Shown here: one piece after another, positions 34,077 through 34,779 of the stretch
Position numbering within the stretch: the stretch's first letter is position 1
How the letters are laid out: every line of letters begins with the position of its first letter
Source: a virus
Lineage: Duplodnaviria; Caudoviricetes
Reading direction: 5' to 3' (one strand)
Length of the DNA: 34,779 bases
IMG/VR virus record: IMGVR_UViG_3300030100_000466
Span: 1 to 34,779 of that record
The notes under the pieces: generated by a model
What the model saw: only the letters and a program-made list of their open reading frames with translations
What the model was told of the DNA's origin: nothing
The model's database searches: none
Made by a program: the position numbers and the translations under genes

Positions 34077-34239
34077 AAAAAGAATCTAGATTCGCAGAAA
34101 TTTTCATCAAGAAAATTTAGATTCACAAGCTAGAATAAAATAACAATAAAAATAACTAAAATTTTTATTTTATTCTAGATTGTGAAGCGTAATCTATCGA
34201 CCACTTGGGAGATAGATTCTGCGAATCTAGATTCTTTTT
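34077..34239. repeat. Nested inverted repeats in the non-coding region
   Basis: Perfect 23-bp arms at 34077-34099 and 34217-34239; 22-bp arms with one mismatch at 34122-34143 and 34165-34186. Confidence 0.9.
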
Positions 34240-34341
34240 TAGGGGTTACTTACTACAAAACTACACAACAAACAAAAACAAGAGAGGGGGGAGGGGTAGA
34301 ATGGTGGGTACAAACATACATACAGTCATACATATGCAGGG

Positions 34342-34370
34342 TTGATAAATTCATTTGGATATATTATCGT
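34342..34370 (+). promoter_or_regulatory. Sigma70-like promoter, probably leaderless, for terL
   Basis: TTGATA-17 bp-TATCGT; ATG 6 nt later. Confidence 0.55.
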
Positions 34371-34376
34371 TGGGAC

Positions 34377-34779
34377 ATGTCACTAGATGCGTTACCCAAA
34401 GAGGTGTTACAAGAAGTATTTCTGCTAGAGCAACAGAAAAACAAACTGGACACTCGTGAAAAAGCACAAGAAAATTTTTTGGATTATGCTCAACATGTAT
34501 ACGAAGGGTTTATTGTTGGACGACATCATAAAATCATTGCAGAAAAATTGGAGTTAATCGCACAAGGCAAACTTAAGAGACTGATTGTAAACATGCCGCC
34601 AAGACACTCGAAGTCAGAGATGGCATCCTATCTCATGCCCTCGTGGTTCTTGGGCCGTAATCCAAAACTCAAGATCATCCAAGCCACGATGAATACAGAA
34701 CTTGCCGTGAGGTTTGGTCGTAAGGTCAGAGACTTGATTGCCGATCCAGTGTACACGGAAGTTTTCCCAGAAACCGATT
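34377..34779 (+). CDS. terL: Terminase large subunit (3'-truncated)
   Basis: Manual translation MSLDALP...GRHHKIIA...KRLIVNMPPRHSKSE...ELAVRFGRKVR; TerL Walker A-type motif PPRHSKS. Confidence 0.9.
   Translation, partial: MSLDALPKEVLQEVFLLEQQKNKLDTREKAQENFLDYAQHVYEGFIVGRHHKIIAEKLELIAQGKLKRLIVNMPPRHSKSEMASYLMPSWFLGRNPKLKIIQATMNTELAVRFGRKVRDLIADPVYTEVFPETD

Noticed and set aside
1-34779. Stop-codon reassignment or a diversity-generating retroelement
   Set aside because: Genes tile densely under the standard code with all three stops used; no reverse transcriptase or template/variable repeat pair seen.

Overview
AT-rich segment of a tailed dsDNA bacteriophage with podovirus-like organisation; a marine, possibly alphaproteobacterial, host is an inference only. 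The + strand (1-15.9 kb) carries the end of a polyglycine tail adhesin, five tandem 2OG-Fe(II) oxygenases, a tail stabilisation protein, putative ejection/internal virion proteins and an M15 endolysin. The - strand (16-34 kb) carries a replication module (Leu762-type PolA, UvrD-like helicase, AEP primase, SSB-like protein, SNF2 helicase), a C5 DNA methyltransferase, tRNA-Cys(GCA) and many small early genes with their own promoters and terminators. TerS and a VRR-NUC gene sit alone on the + strand inside this block, and TerL starts at 34377 after a non-coding region with nested inverted repeats. Most notable observations: (1) the methyltransferase is split over two fully overlapping frames, and the inner ORF has its own SD site, motif IX and three TRD-like repeats; (2) leaderless sigma70-type promoters precede the tail, terS and terL genes; (3) a repeated terminator/hairpin/promoter cassette and a shared ATGGGAT box in the early region; (4) an iteron-like array before terS; (5) apparent absence of CCGG. 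All calls come from reading motifs by eye; no database searches were run.
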